NCBI GenBank assembly: GCA_028826165.1
Contig: JAPDFW010000105.1
Coordinates: 151,468-215,467, forward strand
From: Anaeramoeba ignava BMAN
Lineage: Eukaryota; Protista; Anaeramoebae
Length of the DNA: 64,000 nucleotides
Direction of reading: 5' to 3'
Under the pieces are notes generated by a model. It had not been told where the DNA came from. It made no database searches and saw only the letters and a list, made by a program, of their open reading frames with translations. Shown here in pieces: positions 62,841 to 64,000 of the stretch (its first letter is position 1; each line of letters begins with the position of its first letter). The translations under genes and the position numbers were made by a program.

Positions 62841-63264
62841 AGAAAAATCAATTAAAATTTATTATTAAAACTTATTAAAATTAAATTTTTATCTTTATTA
62901 AAATATTTCAATTTTTTTTTTGCAAGTTTATTAAATTATTGGGAATAATTTTATATTATTTTAAATAAAGAAAAATTGATATATTATATAAAATAGAATT
63001 AATTCTGAATTTAATTATTTAATATTCTTTATTCCATTTTTGAAATAAAGTTGATTAAAATATTTTATTAATTTTTTTAAAACAAAATTAAATTAAATTT
63101 AACAAATAAATATTGAAAAAAAAGAAATTGGATTATATTTAGGATCAATTTGTGATGATTAATTTAAAATTCCAACTTTAAAAAAATTAAAAAAAATTGA
63201 AAAAAAAAAGGGAAATTTTTCTTTTTGATCAAAAATTATTTTATTTTTCTTTTTTTTTTTATTT

Positions 63265-63500
63265 TAAAAAAGTGGACTTTTTTGATATTTAAAAGAAAAT
63301 TATTTTATTTTTTTTCTTTTGTTTTTAATTATTTTTAGAAAAGTGGACTTTTTTAATATATAAAAGAAAATTATTTTATTTATTTGATTTTGTTTTTATT
63401 TATTTTTAGAAAAGTGGACTTTTTTGATCAAAAAAAGTTTTTTTCTTTTCTTTTCTTTTATTTTGATTTTAATTATTTTTTGAAAAGTGGACTTTTTTAA
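63265..63500. repeat. Four ~72-bp units each carrying the imperfect palindrome AAAAGTGGACTTTT
   Basis: Motif at about 63268, 63339, 63410 and 63483, upstream of ATG 63597. Confidence 0.75.
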
Positions 63501-63596
63501 TATATAAAAGAAAATTATTTTATTTATTTGATTTTCATTTTTTTTTTATTTGATTTTTTTAAAAAATTAATTTAAAACAAAAACAAAACAACTAAA

Positions 63597-64000
63597 ATGG
63601 AAAGTAATGAATTTCTTGAAATAATTAATTCAAGAAAAAACCAAAACAGAAAAGAATATGAAATAGAATTTCGATACATTTCAGAAATATTCCCAATTCA
63701 AAATTTAGAAACAATTACTTATGAAAATGCACTTATATTTTTTTCAAATAAAATTAAATTTAGACCAAATCAAATTAAATTTTTCATTCAAAAAATTCCA
63801 CTTTTAGAAAAAAGAACACTTTTAGAATCTATCGAAGATTGTATTAGGAAATTATCAGAAAAAGATAAAAAAATAAGTAAAAATCATTATATTATTGATA
63901 TTAAAGTAGATTCTGATATTTCGAAACAAAGAAGAAGAAGACAAGAACAAGAACAAAGAGAACAAGAAGAAAAAGAAGAAGAGAAGAAGAAGAAAGAAGA
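63597..64000 (+). CDS. Hypothetical protein, 5' part only (runs off the window)
   Basis: Open frame MESNEFLEIINSRKNQNRKEYEIEFRYISEIFP...EQEEKEEEKKKKE with no stop to the window end; a TCATTTT motif lies upstream. Confidence 0.6.
   Translation, partial: MESNEFLEIINSRKNQNRKEYEIEFRYISEIFPIQNLETITYENALIFFSNKIKFRPNQIKFFIQKIPLLEKRTLLESIEDCIRKLSEKDKKISKNHYIIDIKVDSDISKQRRRRQEQEQREQEEKEEEKKKKE

Overview
Extremely AT-rich eukaryotic DNA containing spliceosomal introns. It resembles an anaerobic metamonad protist of the Anaeramoeba type, inferred from the expanded ANK-BTB/RCC1-BTB genes, AAAATY microsatellites and TCATT initiator-like motifs; the taxonomy is not verified. I reconstructed about 19 protein-coding genes and 21 GT-AG introns by hand. 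Recognisable genes: BCAS3/ATG18-like propeller, TOP2, NEMF/Rqc2, Rab14, ALG14, proteasome ATPase RPT4, a UBL-UAS-UBX p97 cofactor, and a SelM/Sep15-like KDEL protein lacking its redox residues. Most notable: (1) a spliced RCC1-repeat + F-box + degenerate Arf-GTPase fusion gene, hidden from the ORF track by satellite-filled introns; (2) a 22.5-kb head-to-tail array of five ankyrin-repeat/double-BTB genes with near-constant ends and about 13-50 variable repeats, whose double-BTB module is also found on a separate ANK gene and an RCC1 gene, suggesting a diversified modular ubiquitin-ligase receptor repertoire; (3) long introns made of AT microsatellites and a high frequency of AAG acceptors; (4) ~150-bp tandem arrays in two divergent promoter regions. 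No rRNA, tRNA, CRISPR array, transposase or intein was recognised. Many single-base frameshifts are probably assembly errors.
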